A stretch of DNA of 64,000 nucleotides, from positions 1,433,412 to 1,497,411 of the forward strand of contig NW_003314285.1 in NCBI RefSeq assembly GCF_000143415.4, given 5' to 3'. Below are positions 10,147 to 22,396 of the stretch, one piece after another. Every line of letters begins with the position of its first letter. Position 1 is the stretch's first letter. Position numbers and translations under genes: made by a program. This DNA comes from Selaginella moellendorffii (lineage: Eukaryota; Plantae; Lycopodiophyta). The notes below the pieces were generated by a model. The model did not search any database and was not told the origin of the DNA. It was given only the letters and a program-made list of their open reading frames with translations.

Positions 10147-12286
10147 TTACTCGACCACATTGCGTATGAGTAGCCTGTAAGTGCCGAAGGAGTTCTTACT
10201 TTGCCATGCCCAGGGTATAAAAAACGCGCGGTGGAGACGAGGTGAGCTCTCATTGTCCAGGAACAAGCGTTTAGCCACGACCTGTTAGAAAAATACTCTT
10301 AGAGAATCTGGCAAGCGTAAACAAGCACGTACAGTCCATTTGGTTTGATTGTTTCCACGATACTCTACGCCCGGTCTGTCTAAGACTAGCTCCACCACAA
10401 AGTCACAGGAAGCGTCGCTTTGGAGCTGAGACAGGGATTTCGGAAGAGTGAGAACCTTCGAAAGAAAATAAGTAGCGAGATGAGATCTAACTTACAAATT
10501 GCTTTGGAGAAGCATTGTTATGCCTGTTGAAGTAGTCCGGAGCTGCTTTCGTTCCACCCAGCCTGCTGTCGAATGGAAACGGCATAAGTCCTCTAAAGCC
10601 ATCGTCGAGCCATCTCACTTGGTACTTGGCTGACGGCAGAAAGAACGAGGATGGGAAACGGTGCCACTCACTGCCAATGCAAACTGCATTGAAACGCAGG
10701 AGTTAAAGAGAATTGAAAATGCGAGGCTTGCCTGTGGAATTCTCGGTTGGATTAGTTGGAAGGTGTGTGTAAATCTGCATCGGTGCCGAGTAACCTTGAA
10801 GTAAAGACGTTGTTCGACTATACGATGCCACCAGGATGAAAGATAAGAGCAAAGGCCTCAGTTTCGTGAACAGACCATGCACGAAGCTCATTTTTCGTGG
10901 TACCAGACCTGGAATCCGCTCGATGCTAGCTGCCGCAGCTACGCAAATGAGGGGATAGATTGGATAGAGGAACCTGAAAAGAAAAAAAGCTGAGTGAACT
11001 AAGATAGAGAGCATAGTTTTGATACCTTTCTTCTTTGTGAGGTTGCAAGGACATGAATCCAAACCACAAATACAAAGGTGAGATTACCAGTAGGAGATGC
11101 TTGTCGGTACTTCGTCGCACGAAAAGCAGCAAAACAGGTAGCCCGAACGCCAACAACAACGCAAGATTGAAATTGTTGAGCCCATTCCGAAGATAAAACA
11201 AGGGTCCCTCCACACCGTATAAAATGCTGTCGCCACCTCCCACGACATTGTAGGTGACGAGGTTGAGAATAGAAAGCTTCCACTGACCGTAAAATAATCG
11301 ATCACATAGTGCTGACAGCGCCTGCATAAACAATCAAGTTGAGTTTCCAGGAGAATATCCACCAATTTATAAGAGAAAAGAGGAACTTACGATGAGAACG
11401 ACTGAGGATTTAACACCGGCCATGAAAACCTTGACGGAGCTACCATTCGCCAAAGAGTACACTACCACGGGAAGAACCGCAAGGCCCGAGAATGGCCAGC
11501 CAACAAGGACCCCCAAGGCAGCCACGGCGACGGCAGCTTCAAACTTATCGGCAAGCACAGCCGCTGATGCAAGGCTGATAGCGTACATTGAAAAGGTGCT
11601 CGGCAGAAAAGCTGAGAAAGGAGAAAAAAAAACAAGAAAAGTGAGTGAGAACAGCCTGAGAATTTTTCCTTACTTGTGCTAGCTGTGTAGCAACCACTGG
11701 CAAAGCAGAGTAAAACCAAAGTGTATGATGCCATCCTTTTTCCAAACCTTTCGGACACGGCTGCCACAAGAGCTCCATCGACGCCCGCAGACACCAAGGC
11801 GAATGCCAGTTTAATCAGATAGAAAACTTTCACCTGGAAAAGGAAGATAATTTCAATCCAAAAGAGAAACTTTCCTACCTTTGCGAGAATGTAAGAAGCT
11901 GGAGCTCCAATAACGGCATGAATCAGGATGTAAAGATACGATCGAAGAGCAAACTCCGAGCTAGTCCAGAGAAACGAAACTCCAATTATTTTAGCGAGAG
12001 AACAGACACTCTCTAAAGCTCTCACTCACCTGTACTCCCAAGTTTGAAATCCCGACCCATAGAGAAGAAAATGCAGCGGCTCCCAGTAATTGAAAACCTC
12101 GTCGCAGTCGTGTACGATGTTGGAGCTCGCGCTGAAGTAGCGAGTGATGAAGAGCGCGGCGAAAGCCGCAGCAAATCCGACATTCTTACTGACCTCCGGA
12201 AGATCCTTCTTCTTGGCATCCTCTTCTTCGCTGTTAATCTCCGCTGCCGAGGAGCGATCGTGCCTCCGCTGCCGGAGCTCAGCCAT
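10147..12286 (-). CDS. ALG9: Dol-P-Man alpha-1,2-mannosyltransferase ALG9 (GT22), multi-exon
   Basis: Motifs IVHDCDEVFNYWEPLHFLLYG..FQTWEYSSEFALRSY, LVGWPF, YGVEGPLFYLRN..NFN, QPHKEERFLYPIYPLI, CIGSEWHRFPSSFFLP; stop at 10147-10149. Confidence 0.93.
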
Positions 12287-12400
12287 GAACCCTAGATAAA
12301 TCACAAAACCCTAGAATGAATATTCTGCAAATCTTTTCAGGCAAAACATTTGAATTTCGAATATTCTTTGGGAATCACTCAAGAACCCTAAAACAGAGCT

Positions 12401-13009
12401 CTATTTCCACATCTTGAATATCTTGGGCGGATTTTTGGTGATCGAAGTGACGCCATCATAGCCTGAGACGAGAAATTCAAGGAATGAATCGAAGAGAATT
12501 CAAGCATTGAACCCACCAAGCGCTGGATCCATGTTTCGATTCTTGAGCTCCCGATATGTCTGGGCGATGGAGCAGCAGAGGCACCAGCATTCAGTGCAAA
12601 TATCGTTGCATGGTTCTGGCGGGAGGCCGAATTTGTTACGGATTTTACCGCGATAGAGGCAACTGTAGAGGCATCCCAATCCGGCCAGGCAGTGGAGCAA
12701 GCAAAACACTGTCCCTCCGGTACAGCACGCTGCGGTGAGATCGATCGATCGGTAAATTCACGCAATCTTGTCATCGATTCTATCCAGGAATCGAAAGAAC
12801 TTACAAGTGCTTCCTTGATCCAAGACATTGATGTTTCTTCCCACCACAACGCAGGGGCAGAGGCACGCACAGCAGCCTACATTCGATCGAATCACAAGAG
12901 CAAAAAAAATGTGATTGATCCGATCGATGGAAGAAAAAAATCTCTGTTGCTACTCACATGAATTAAAATCTTCAAAGCATCCACACAGACCAGTCGTCCA
13001 TTTTCCCAT
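12401..13009 (-). CDS. PLAC8 / plant cadmium resistance (PCR/CNR)-like Cys-rich protein, 4 exons
   Basis: Spliced MGKWTTGLCGCFEDFNS|CCCACLCPCVVVGRN..LDQGST|..CLYSCLYRGKIRNKFGLP..C..CCSIAQTYRELKNRNMDPAL|GYDG..*. Confidence 0.9.
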
Positions 13010-13610
13010 CTTTGTCCCTTCTTCTTTGGGCGTTCTTTCATTGTTTCTTGGCTAAGGTATTTAAATGGACCTTCTCTTCCGCGTTGCAAGGCTTGAGGTA
13101 ATCTCTAGGGCAATTATCGATAGGGCTCTCTTGGCGATGGCGATACGCCGGCGCCAAGGCGCTGTGGACGCGGCGCCTGCATTCCTTGTCGCAGTCCGCC
13201 ATGGCTCTGTCGATGCCGCCGGATTTGAGCTCCAGCTTGCCATGGCGCTATCGATGCCGCCGCATTTGAGCTCCAGGTAAGAGAACCCGATATCCTTCTT
13301 TTCTTGTTTTGGTTTTCTTTCTTTTGTTGCAGCAAATGCCAAGTGAAAGATAAGTATATAAATTGAAACGACCAGATACAATCGCGGTATGTAAGTTGTC
13401 TAGAACAAACGACGCGAGCATTCATGGTTTTCTCCGCAGATTTATGCGTAAAATCACGCTAGTACTCACAACTTCGTCCGTGCTATTGACGAGTTGCTGA
13501 AAGATAGAATAGATGCAAGAGAACACTGTTTATAGAAGTATATTTTTCTATCAACTATTGACTGGTTGCTGCTGCCAGAAGAATCTCATAGACGAGCGGG
13601 TGCTGCCTAC

Positions 13611-14765
13611 CTAGAGATGGAGCTGTTTTAGATTTGGCTCCAGCGAGAACCATTTGTGAGAGCTGTTGGATCGCAGCGACACTTGCTCGCAGCGTGGAAG
13701 CCACATCCAAGAGTTGCGAGGAATGCAATAGACGGCTGCCTGAGGGCAGGTGAGACACGAGAAACAGATCAAGTCCTGCTGCGCGGTGCTGCTTATCTGG
13801 TCGTAGTTGTGGAAACAGGTTGATACGAACTTTGCACAAATCTCACCAGGCATGGTGTCCACCTCCGTCCATCGCTTCGGGTTGTTGCCAAGCTTCCAGA
13901 TTCTCATCTTCTTGGTGATCCCGTGCTGCCCGTGTCCGCCGACCAAGTGAAGCACTCCTCGCTCACTCGCTACCGGGATGCAGTAAGTCAGTGACTCGGG
14001 AAGCGGTGCCTCTGACTTGGTCCATTTGCTCTGCTCCAGGTTGAGAGAGAACAGGAGCGGAGGATCGGAGCTAGTTGTGAAGTGGATTGTCTCTTCGCCG
14101 CAGCAGGCTGTCTCGGATCTGAAGTTGAAGGCCATTCCTGGAGCTTGGATCCTCCTCCACGATCCAGCAGCCGAGTCAAACACCTCCGTCACTCGCTCAC
14201 AGCTGCTCAGGTCGTCCAGGACTCGGGATCCAGCAACGACGACTTTGAAGGTGTTGGAAGTGGAGCTTTTGGTGGCGAGAAGGGTGATGACGGCTGCTCG
14301 GGCCATGTTGGAGGCCTTGAGCGGTGGGAGATCCCTCCAAGAGCTGAGCAGCGGGTTACAAACAATGAATTGGCCGGGATGGATGGTCTTGAAGCACAGG
14401 AGTCCTCCAGACGAGGCGGCTATGTCCGTGGCATAGGGAGGCAGGAAGGAGAGGGAAATGGCGAACCACTTGTTGCTGGATCGATCGAAAGCTCTCAGCA
14501 CTCTGGCAGCGCTATAGCTGTGACACTTGAACATGAGGATCCAGGGGAGCCTGGACGAGGGCGATGCTACTCGAGACTGCAGCCCTGCAAAGTTTAGAGA
14601 CGTGAGAGCCTTGTTCCACTCCTTGGAGACGCATCGCAGCCGGAGCAAGCTCTTGATTGGGAGGCACGCGAAGATCCGGAGGAGCAAATCGTGTGGGAGG
14701 CTACTCCATATCCGAGGGTCGAAGTGAGTGATCCTCCTCCAGCGATCGCTACTGCTGCTACTCAT
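13611..14765 (-). CDS. F-box protein with kelch-like/beta-propeller C-terminus, intronless, 384 aa
   Basis: F-box WSSLPHDLLLRIFACLPIKSLLRLRCVSKEWN, followed by AASSGGLLCF..VCNPL..W..LPP and FKVVVAG..TEVFDS..W motifs. Confidence 0.92.
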   Translation of the reverse strand: MSSSSSDRWRRITHFDPRIWSSLPHDLLLRIFACLPIKSLLRLRCVSKEWNKALTSLNFAGLQSRVASPSSRLPWILMFKCHSYSAARVLRAFDRSSNKWFAISLSFLPPYATDIAASSGGLLCFKTIHPGQFIVCNPLLSSWRDLPPLKASNMARAAVITLLATKSSTSNTFKVVVAGSRVLDDLSSCERVTEVFDSAAGSWRRIQAPGMAFNFRSETACCGEETIHFTTSSDPPLLFSLNLEQSKWTKSEAPLPESLTYCIPVASERGVLHLVGGHGQHGITKKMRIWKLGNNPKRWTEVDTMPGEICAKFVSTCFHNYDQISSTAQQDLICFSCLTCPQAAVYCIPRNSWMWLPRCEQVSLRSNSSHKWFSLEPNLKQLHL

Positions 14766-15147
14766 TTCTTTTCACCCGTTTCCTTCTCACGAGCTCTCCG
14801 ACTATATCTACATCAAGAACGACGTGAGATCCACGTAACGAAGAAGGAAAAATTCTCTTGCGCTTACTCGTTCCAAGCTTCGCTGGAATCTTCGATTGTT
14901 AACGATATTCCCCGGAAGGCGCGTCGTTGACTCTTGACTGGTCTAAGTCAAGTGATCCACTTTTAGGGCTATCTAAAATTGAATGACAACCGTTAGATGA
15001 TAGCATATCCGATGGTTTAGTTATCGCTAGGATTTGCAAGAGCGAGGAATGGCCGGCGCCATTCGGGCACAAGCAGGACGCCAATGAGGAGTTTCTTGCT
15101 GGGAAGGTACATTGCTCGTCGCGGTTGGTGTGACCAGGAGGATCTGA

Positions 15148-16257
15148 ATGGAGTTTTGTGCGTGCGTGAGAGCTAGCGAAGAAGTGGCGGCTATGTTTCC
15201 AAGAAGAGCTCTAGTAAAGATCAAGAAGCCTTTACTCACTGCCATCTTCATCAACGAGCGCTTCATCCAGCCATCGCTCGTGGTTGCTTTTCCAGACGAT
15301 GTCAGCTTCATTGTTGGCATGCTCTTAATCCAGCACCAGCAGCAGCGCGACACTAGTGTCTTGTCCAACATCTCTTCCCAGGTTCTTCTCTACATCGGGA
15401 TGGTGGACGCGCCGATTCAAGGCGCGAATGCAGCCCTGGACGGGGATAAGTTTCACGTCAAGAGTCTCTTCCGAAAGGCCAGTGCTTTGAAGGCCATTGG
15501 AGAGTATACTCAAGCCGTGGAGTGCTTCGAGCTGGCTTTGTCACGGTGAGAGGAGGACCCTGATGCTCTTAGCAATGCAAGGGATCGATGATGCTCTGGC
15601 TGAGTGCCGGCTCTTCCAGGAGCAGAGCGAGACAGGGGGGCCATACGACATCACCAGTTCTTCTCCGGTGGCTTGAAGCCACAGTTGGCGCCATGCTGAC
15701 TTTGTCGGTCCTGTGGAGATCAAAGCTAGCAAGCGTGGACGTGGTGGTTTCTTCCTGAAAGAAGACATGAAGATGGGCCAGGTTCTCGTTGTGAGCAATC
15801 CAATTGCGATGCTCTACTTCGCAGGCATAGAAGATGTAAAGGTAGAGGTCGTGAGAGCTTGCATGGGATCATCCAAGGCACTGGTACAGTTCAACTCACT
15901 CGCAGACTGTCTTGACAAAGTGCCAGAGATCCCAGATATGGATATCTTAAAGCCCAACGTCTCACATGCCAGCCTAGTCCCTCTTGCCCTGGCTTTCCCA
16001 ATACATCCTCCAAGAGAAACCAAAATGACCGAATGCTCGACCAATCTTCCAAAGGATCAATCTGATGCAGCTTCTCATTAGGCCAGTGGACTTCTGGGCT
16101 TCAAGTCTCTGGCTGCTTAGATGAAAGTTTGTTTACTTAACATCTCTCTTGGAAAGGTTTGGGTGGCACAAACGGTTGAAGACTTGAGTGTTGAAGAAGA
16201 GTTCATGTGGTCTTACTTCTACACTACTACCCTGCTCCACTACTATCAAGAGAGAAA
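15148..16257 (+). pseudogene. Disrupted TPR + SET-domain gene (ATXR1/SDG35-like)
   Basis: TPR-like AALDGDKFHVKSLFRKASALKAIGEYTQAVECFELAL ends in a stop at 15547. Another frame then gives the SET N-terminus ADFVGPVEIKASKRGRGGFF..GQVLVVS, and a degenerate SET C-terminus EEEFMWSYF follows. Several stops and frameshifts. Confidence 0.65.
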
Positions 16258-17298
16258 TGTAAGTACTTGAAAAATAATTTTTAATAATTTAAATATAAAA
16301 AGAAAAGGCTCATGAATGGTTAAAGGTTTTTTTTTTAGATCAAATATATGAAGAGATTTTATTTTGGGATTTACACAAATATGATTTGGCTAGAATTAAT
16401 GGTGTATACCCTTTTCCTTTTAAGATCATACGACAAAAGTAACCCAATCTAGTGTAAGATTAAAAATTGTGAATATACATATGACTGTTGGCCCTACCTT
16501 GACTTAGACTTGTTTCACATCAAATACATTCAAGTTCATAGAGGTCATTTTAAAGTTGATCTCTACTACTTTGAAGAAGTGTTGCTAGAATAAGTACTAC
16601 ATGGTTCTGGTGCACTAGTTGCCTTGAACTGATGATATCAATCAATAGTCAACAAACTCAAGTTCAAGAAACTCTCCCAAATTCAATGACCTATTGCGAA
16701 GTGTTATACAATACACCATTCAAGGGAATCAATCCTTCCATCGTATGGATCAATTATTCCATGTGAGAATTTATGCCATTTTCTTTGACTTTAAATTGGA
16801 AAAGGGATAATTGTTTTGAGAGAATTTTTAGTGACTATTTTATCCCTTAAAGTTTCAAAAATCCACGATAATAATATATTTAAATTTTATCTCATAATCA
16901 CATAGACTCTAATGCTTATTTCATGACAATGGTATTGATAGTTAAGTGGTTTAACAAGTTGAGGAACTCTTGGTTGAAGGGTTTAATCAATATATTCTAA
17001 TCAATCGCCATATAGTGAAGAAGGATGGCACGATGTGCCTTTAAACAAAGTGATGATAAAGAACATCTATGCCACAAACTGATGACATGTTGTATTGGCT
17101 TGCAAGGTTGATACTTCACCAAGATTGACTTAAGAGTATTATATTTAAGTATTATTAAAAATTTACTTGAGCAATATATCAATTACTAGTTGTGAATTAT
17201 TTGACTAAACTATATAATACTAACAAAGAACCCATTTCCACTAGGAAAGTAGCACTTGCAATTGTAATAATCCAACATTCTCTTTCTTTAATGCGGAA

Positions 17299-17314
17299 TC
17301 TCTCTCTCTCTCTC

Positions 17315-17369
<55 letters not shown>
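17299..17369. repeat. Compound (CT)n/(AT)n microsatellite
   Basis: A (TC) run followed by about 24 AT units. Confidence 0.95.
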
Positions 17370-17372
<3 letters not shown>

Positions 17373-18631
17373 ATGAGTAAATGTTAAAATTAGAATTTAG
17401 AAGGGTTAAAAGTTTAAACATTCAACTATATAAAAAGTCAAGTATCAATCATATCACATTTAATATATTTCTCAAAATATTATTTTTCTTTGCTTTAGAT
17501 TAAATTTAGTTTGATTATCCACATCAAATCAGGATTAGCTCAAAATCCTTAGTTTAGAGTGAGTGGTCCAAATTGAAATTAATTTAATGGCTATCAAAAT
17601 CCCAATATACTAATAATAATATATAGCATTATAGCTTTACATTTGGAGCTCATAACATAGAAGCATATAAGTTTTTATTTTTTAAAGTATTTAATATTTA
17701 TAATGAAAATTATTATTTATATAAAAGTAACCTCATCAAATAAACCTTTTTGTAAACTATAGAGTATATTTTTATGATTTTATTTATATTTATTTATATT
17801 GAGTTACCAAAACTACTTTGAATTGTATATAACACTGCTCAAATCAACTAAAAACTGGCTCATATAGAGTGTTGATGAGCTAATCTCATGCATCATCAGC
17901 AATGGAAAACCCATTTCTGTCATCTAATGTCTTCAATATAAATGTTATTTTTCTTCAGACGACTTGAAGGGCAATATCATCCATTGCCAATTTATCAAAT
18001 ATATAATGCCAGCATATGCATCATAATATGTCTTAAACAAGTAATATAGGTTATAATATTGCATATGCTTAACATATAAGCATATAGAATGCAAGTCTTC
18101 TGCCAACCAAAACCGCAGCAACCTTCTTCATGAATTTGGCTTTCTATAGCTTCCACAATAGTTATAACTATTAAATCCCTCACATCATCCTGATGTAATT
18201 ACGAATGGAATCAAAATGCCCATCAATAACCTCCTGCTTCATTGCTTTGCAAACCTCTTGCTTCATAGCCTTGTTAAAATGGTCACCCACAATATTCTAA
18301 AATCTCCTTCCTTCATAATATTTAATATTATTCTATTTATAGAAACTTCAAACCAGAAGTTTTACTTGATGTATTAAAATCCCATCTTCTGTCTTCTGGT
18401 TCTTCTAATTTTATCCTCACAGTATGATTGTTTTATGCCAGGAAGCTTGTAGTGCTAAGATTATTAGTATATCAGAGCTGTAAGACATTAATATACAGAA
18501 ATTGCTGAGATGAAAGAAGGACAAGAAATTAGTCACACGGTTGTTGAAATAGCACACTTCAACTTTTCGTAAATATAATATAACACGATTTAAATCAGAT
18601 GAGAATTGCAATTTTTGAACTATAGATTGGT

Positions 18632-19786
18632 TCATACGAATAACTCAAGATACGATTCCGCTGTGGTATACTCCACCTCTGGATACAGAACAGAAGCTTC
18701 CAAATCATCTGGTCCAAAGTCGAAATATAAATCTCCTCTATGAAATATCTCGTACATGTGTGCTGCTGCTGCTCTGGTCAACCAAGAGTGCTTCTCATCT
18801 GCCGTTCATTCACAAGCGTGTTGAGCATGACTAGCGTGCTACTCTTGAACGTTACCTTGTATGTACTTGGCAAATAGCTCCTTCTCACTCAAGTAGCTCT
18901 TCTTCAGTGCTTTGCCTATTTTGCTTTCCCATATGGCTACCTGCTCATTCATTGTCAATACGTTCTTGGGCGGCCGGAAGTAGACAGTCCTGTTCATTGT
19001 TCGGGGATCATCGATACTCTTCGCAGTGTAAGTTCCTATATCCTTTTCAGCCATCCAAACGACTAAAGAAATCCAGTCAGAATTGAGCTCAAGACACAAA
19101 ACTCTACACTTACTCTTCACGTTTCCATCGCCATGGATTACAACGCTATCCCTTGGAGGAAAAAACTTGGACAGAGGTTCTAGTTGAGCAAAACTGGCCA
19201 GAAAAAATCCCATGAAACAATTTGCTGAAATATAAGTGTAAGGTATTCCAAGAACCTCCACAGTTCTTCTGATTGCTACTTTGTCGGTGAATAACTTATC
19301 TCCGGGTGGTATGTGTGGGTTCCTGCCCACGTCCGTTCCAAACTCGGAAGGATAAAACTTCTGCAATAACAAAGGAAACAAGGAACTGGGGAGGCCGATA
19401 TGTGATTCATCTACCTTGATGTTTCCAGCCTCTTTAATCGCATTGATAAGTTTGTATTGTTCATCCAGATGGAAATGAGAGACTGTGCAGATGACAACAT
19501 CCACTTGTTTAAGTAGTTTCACAAGCTCATCGTGGTCATCTAAAGACACCTGCAAACACAAACATTCATGAGGCAAAACATGTTTCGGATCTGTTGCAAG
19601 ACTTACCCAAAATATCTTTGCTCCGGCTCTTCGAAAACTCAGGACAAGCTGCACCTTCTCGACATCCCTTGCAGCTTCCGGCCTAACTTGCACAAACGTT
19701 GGATGCCCCTGTTCTAAGCAGGCATTCACAATATGCCTGCCAATATAGCCAGTCGCGGAAACCACTAGAACCCTGTTTTCCCCCAT
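18632..19786 (-). CDS. NmrA-like isoflavone-reductase/PCBER/PLR-family (PIP) reductase, 5 exons
   Basis: RVLVVSATGYIGRHIV..GHPTF, LKQVDVVI, AIKEAGNIK|KFYPSEFG, GIPYTYISANCF, DIGTYT..IDDPRTMN, final exon EASVLYPEVEYTT..*; stop at 18632-18634. Confidence 0.93.
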
Positions 19787-19900
19787 AGAACACCGTAGAG
19801 GAAAGAAACTAGAAGAACGCTATCTATTAGGTGCAAGACAACTGGATCTTTACAAGTGGGCTACGGTCTACAAATTAGTTCACATGTCTGCAGTAAAGAA

Positions 19901-19963
19901 TTGACACAGGTTGACCAAGTGAAAGATACTTTTAAACAAACTAATGACGTAAGCATGACGGCC
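19901..19963. promoter_or_regulatory. W-box plus as-1-like double TGACG element in a 230-bp bidirectional promoter
   Basis: TTGACC at 19911-19916 and TGACGTAAGCATGACGG at 19945-19961. The TGACG spacing is 11 bp, against 12 in canonical as-1. Confidence 0.5.
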
Positions 19964-20016
19964 ACCAACAAGTTTTTTACACGCAGCAAATGCTGGTCAG
20001 TAGTCCTAATTTCATA

Positions 20017-20953
20017 ATGGTGCGTTTCGTCCTTGTCCATGGCGGTGGGGGAGGCGCTTGGTACTGGTTCAAGCTGGTCGATATGCTGCTCAGCTCCGGG
20101 CACGAAGTAGAGGCGCTCAACCTCGCGGCTTCGGGAATCGACACCAGGACTCCTGCGGATGTTTTCTCCTTAGACGACTACAATCAGCCGCTGCTGGAGT
20201 ACCTGGCCGCGCTGCCGGAGAATGACAAGGTTTAGTCTTGTGTGTGTGTGTATGTGTGTGTTTGCATTGCTGCTCCAAAGATGATCTTGTTGCTCTGGAA
20301 TATCAGGTGATTCTTGTGAGTCATAGCCTCGGAGGCAGGAGCGCGGCTTATGCGACTGAGCTTCATCCAGACAAGATCGCACTGGCTGTGTATCTGGCAG
20401 CTCCATTGTGCTCCAACCATCTAGGCCCTGAGGTTAAATTACTGGTCCAAGGCTGTAATCTTACTGATAAGCTTTGCATTTTACAGTTTTGGTATGAACA
20501 GATCAAAGACACTTCTGTGTATGATCTCTTTTACGAGCGTGGGAAGAACAATCTGCCTACAGCCGTCATGGAAAAAAAGAGCCTAGCTCCCGATAACACC
20601 CATCAACTGTGTTCGTCCGAGGTACATGTTTTTGACACTAGCCCGAGCTAGCGTTCTTCTGGTTCCAGGATCGGACGCTGAGCAGGATGCTTGACAGGGC
20701 AATTCCCACCGCGGCCCTGTTTGGAAGCTTCACAAACACGGAGGAGAAGTATGGGAGTGTCCCGGTGGTGTACATCAAAACGTTGCAGGATTTGGCGTGC
20801 CCTCCAGAAATGCAGGACAAGTGGATCGCGACTCATCCATTTGGAAACCTGAAAGAGGTTCTGACCATCGATTCGGATCATTGTGCAGCTTTGTCGGCTC
20901 CTTCCCGGCTGCACGACCTCCTCATTCAAGTCGTAGAAGCCCATGCCTCGTAA
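20017..20953 (+). CDS. Methylesterase (MES/SABP2-like alpha/beta hydrolase), 4 exons
   Basis: FVLVHGGGGGAWYWFKL..GHEVEALNLAASG, nucleophile elbow VILVSHSLGG, YGSVPVVYIKTLQD and DSDH. The Ser-Asp-His triad is intact. Confidence 0.93.
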
Positions 20954-21433
20954 GGTTTTGGAGCTCTAAACATGTTATAAGAATTTAATGTATATGCCAC
21001 TAGGCATTTTCATATAGGTTTCTTCTTCTTTTTTCAAATTGCCTTTAATTAAAATATTTTGAGCTACAGGATATGACTGATAAGTCTTCTTACAGGAAAC
21101 AGGCTTGAAAAGGCAAACCTTGATCCCAAGGACTGGACAATGGAGAGGTAGGTATATCCTTGTAATCAAGGCCTAAGATAAACAGCGCGCTAGAGGTGGA
21201 TTTAGAGTTTGATTCCAAACAGTGGCATAGAGTTTCTTGGTCGCAACCAAAGAAACAAAAATGGAATAAAATAAAATCACGCATCCATGTACCAGCCACT
21301 TTGTCGTTTTACATATCAAAGAATTCTAGTTAAGGAGATACTTTTATAACAGGCGTCTTTCCCTTTAAATTGGGGTACTTCTTTATAAAAGGACTTCTTC
21401 CATTTCTTGTAAAACCTATCGACTGCAAAGAGA

Positions 21434-22396
21434 ATGGAGAAGATCCAGACAATCGCGGGATGGGTGCAAGAGCTCGTCGCCGCTGGCCCGCGAAGTCCTG
21501 AGCAGCTGCTGGGCAAGAGGTGTAGCAGCTGCTCCAAGCGGGTGATGTCCTTCTGCATCACCTGCGAGGCCGTGGTCTGCAAGCGCTGCCACGGCGGGCG
21601 CCGCAGCAAGCACCATGTCCTGCGGATCGTCTTGACGTCGCGGGAGATGTCCGTCAAGGTCAAAGACATCGATCGCCTGGTGGACGTGAGCGACGTGCAC
21701 ATGTACTTCTTCAACGAGGCCTTCTCCGTCTTCCTCGACAGGCCGGCTCACAGGATGAAGCCCCGGGGGAGGCCCAAGCACTGCATCTTGTGTGGCCGCG
21801 AGCTCAAGATGGGCAGCGTGATTCACCGCACTGCCCCGCAGCTCATCGACTTCGAAAGCGGCAAGTACAAGTTCTGCGGCATCGGCTGCAAGATGCGATT
21901 CATCGAGCAGCACCCGCAGGATGGCTACACACTCTCTGTGAATGCCCATGAAAATGGCGATGTCCCACTGCCAGAATATCGAAGTGATGAAGACGAGGGC
22001 GATGAGAGCCAGCAAGACGAGAATGATCAAAGCGAAGAGAATGACGAGGAGGAGGACGAGTCAATGGAACTAGGGCAATCGAGTGCAAGCACCTCGTCCG
22101 GATCAAAGGTGGAGAAAGGGGTGAAGCTTGGGCCTTTGGCGAAAGGGACGTTGTCCAAGTTTAGGGACGGGAGGAACGTGGAGGGGATTGAGCTGAGCTT
22201 GTCGCTGCTTGGAGCTGGGAAGAGAAAAGTTGACAAGGGTCCTCTACCTCATGGGAAGCTTGCCAAGCTCAGGGATAGCCAGGATTTGGAGGAGATTCAG
22301 CTTAGTCTGGCTCCTCCATCAATGGCAAATGTGTATGAGACCAAGAGTTTTGTAGAGTTTTCTGATAATTGCAACCCATGGATAAATATATATTAG
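21434..22396 (+). CDS. Divergent PLATZ zinc-binding transcription factor, intronless, 320 aa
   Basis: FCITC..CKRC..HHVLRI..DIDRLVDVSDVHMYFFN..VFL..CILCGREL..KFCGIGCKM, followed by an acidic tract and a repeated C-terminal module. Confidence 0.82.
   Translation: MEKIQTIAGWVQELVAAGPRSPEQLLGKRCSSCSKRVMSFCITCEAVVCKRCHGGRRSKHHVLRIVLTSREMSVKVKDIDRLVDVSDVHMYFFNEAFSVFLDRPAHRMKPRGRPKHCILCGRELKMGSVIHRTAPQLIDFESGKYKFCGIGCKMRFIEQHPQDGYTLSVNAHENGDVPLPEYRSDEDEGDESQQDENDQSEENDEEEDESMELGQSSASTSSGSKVEKGVKLGPLAKGTLSKFRDGRNVEGIELSLSLLGAGKRKVDKGPLPHGKLAKLRDSQDLEEIQLSLAPPSMANVYETKSFVEFSDNCNPWINIY

Noticed and set aside
13065-13280. 71-aa ORF with a roughly 40-bp tandem duplication
   Set aside because: No family motif; lies in the probable PLAC8 leader or promoter.
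17880-18300. Coding-like minus-strand patch in AT-rich DNA
   Set aside because: Frameshifted, and I could not assign it to any family.
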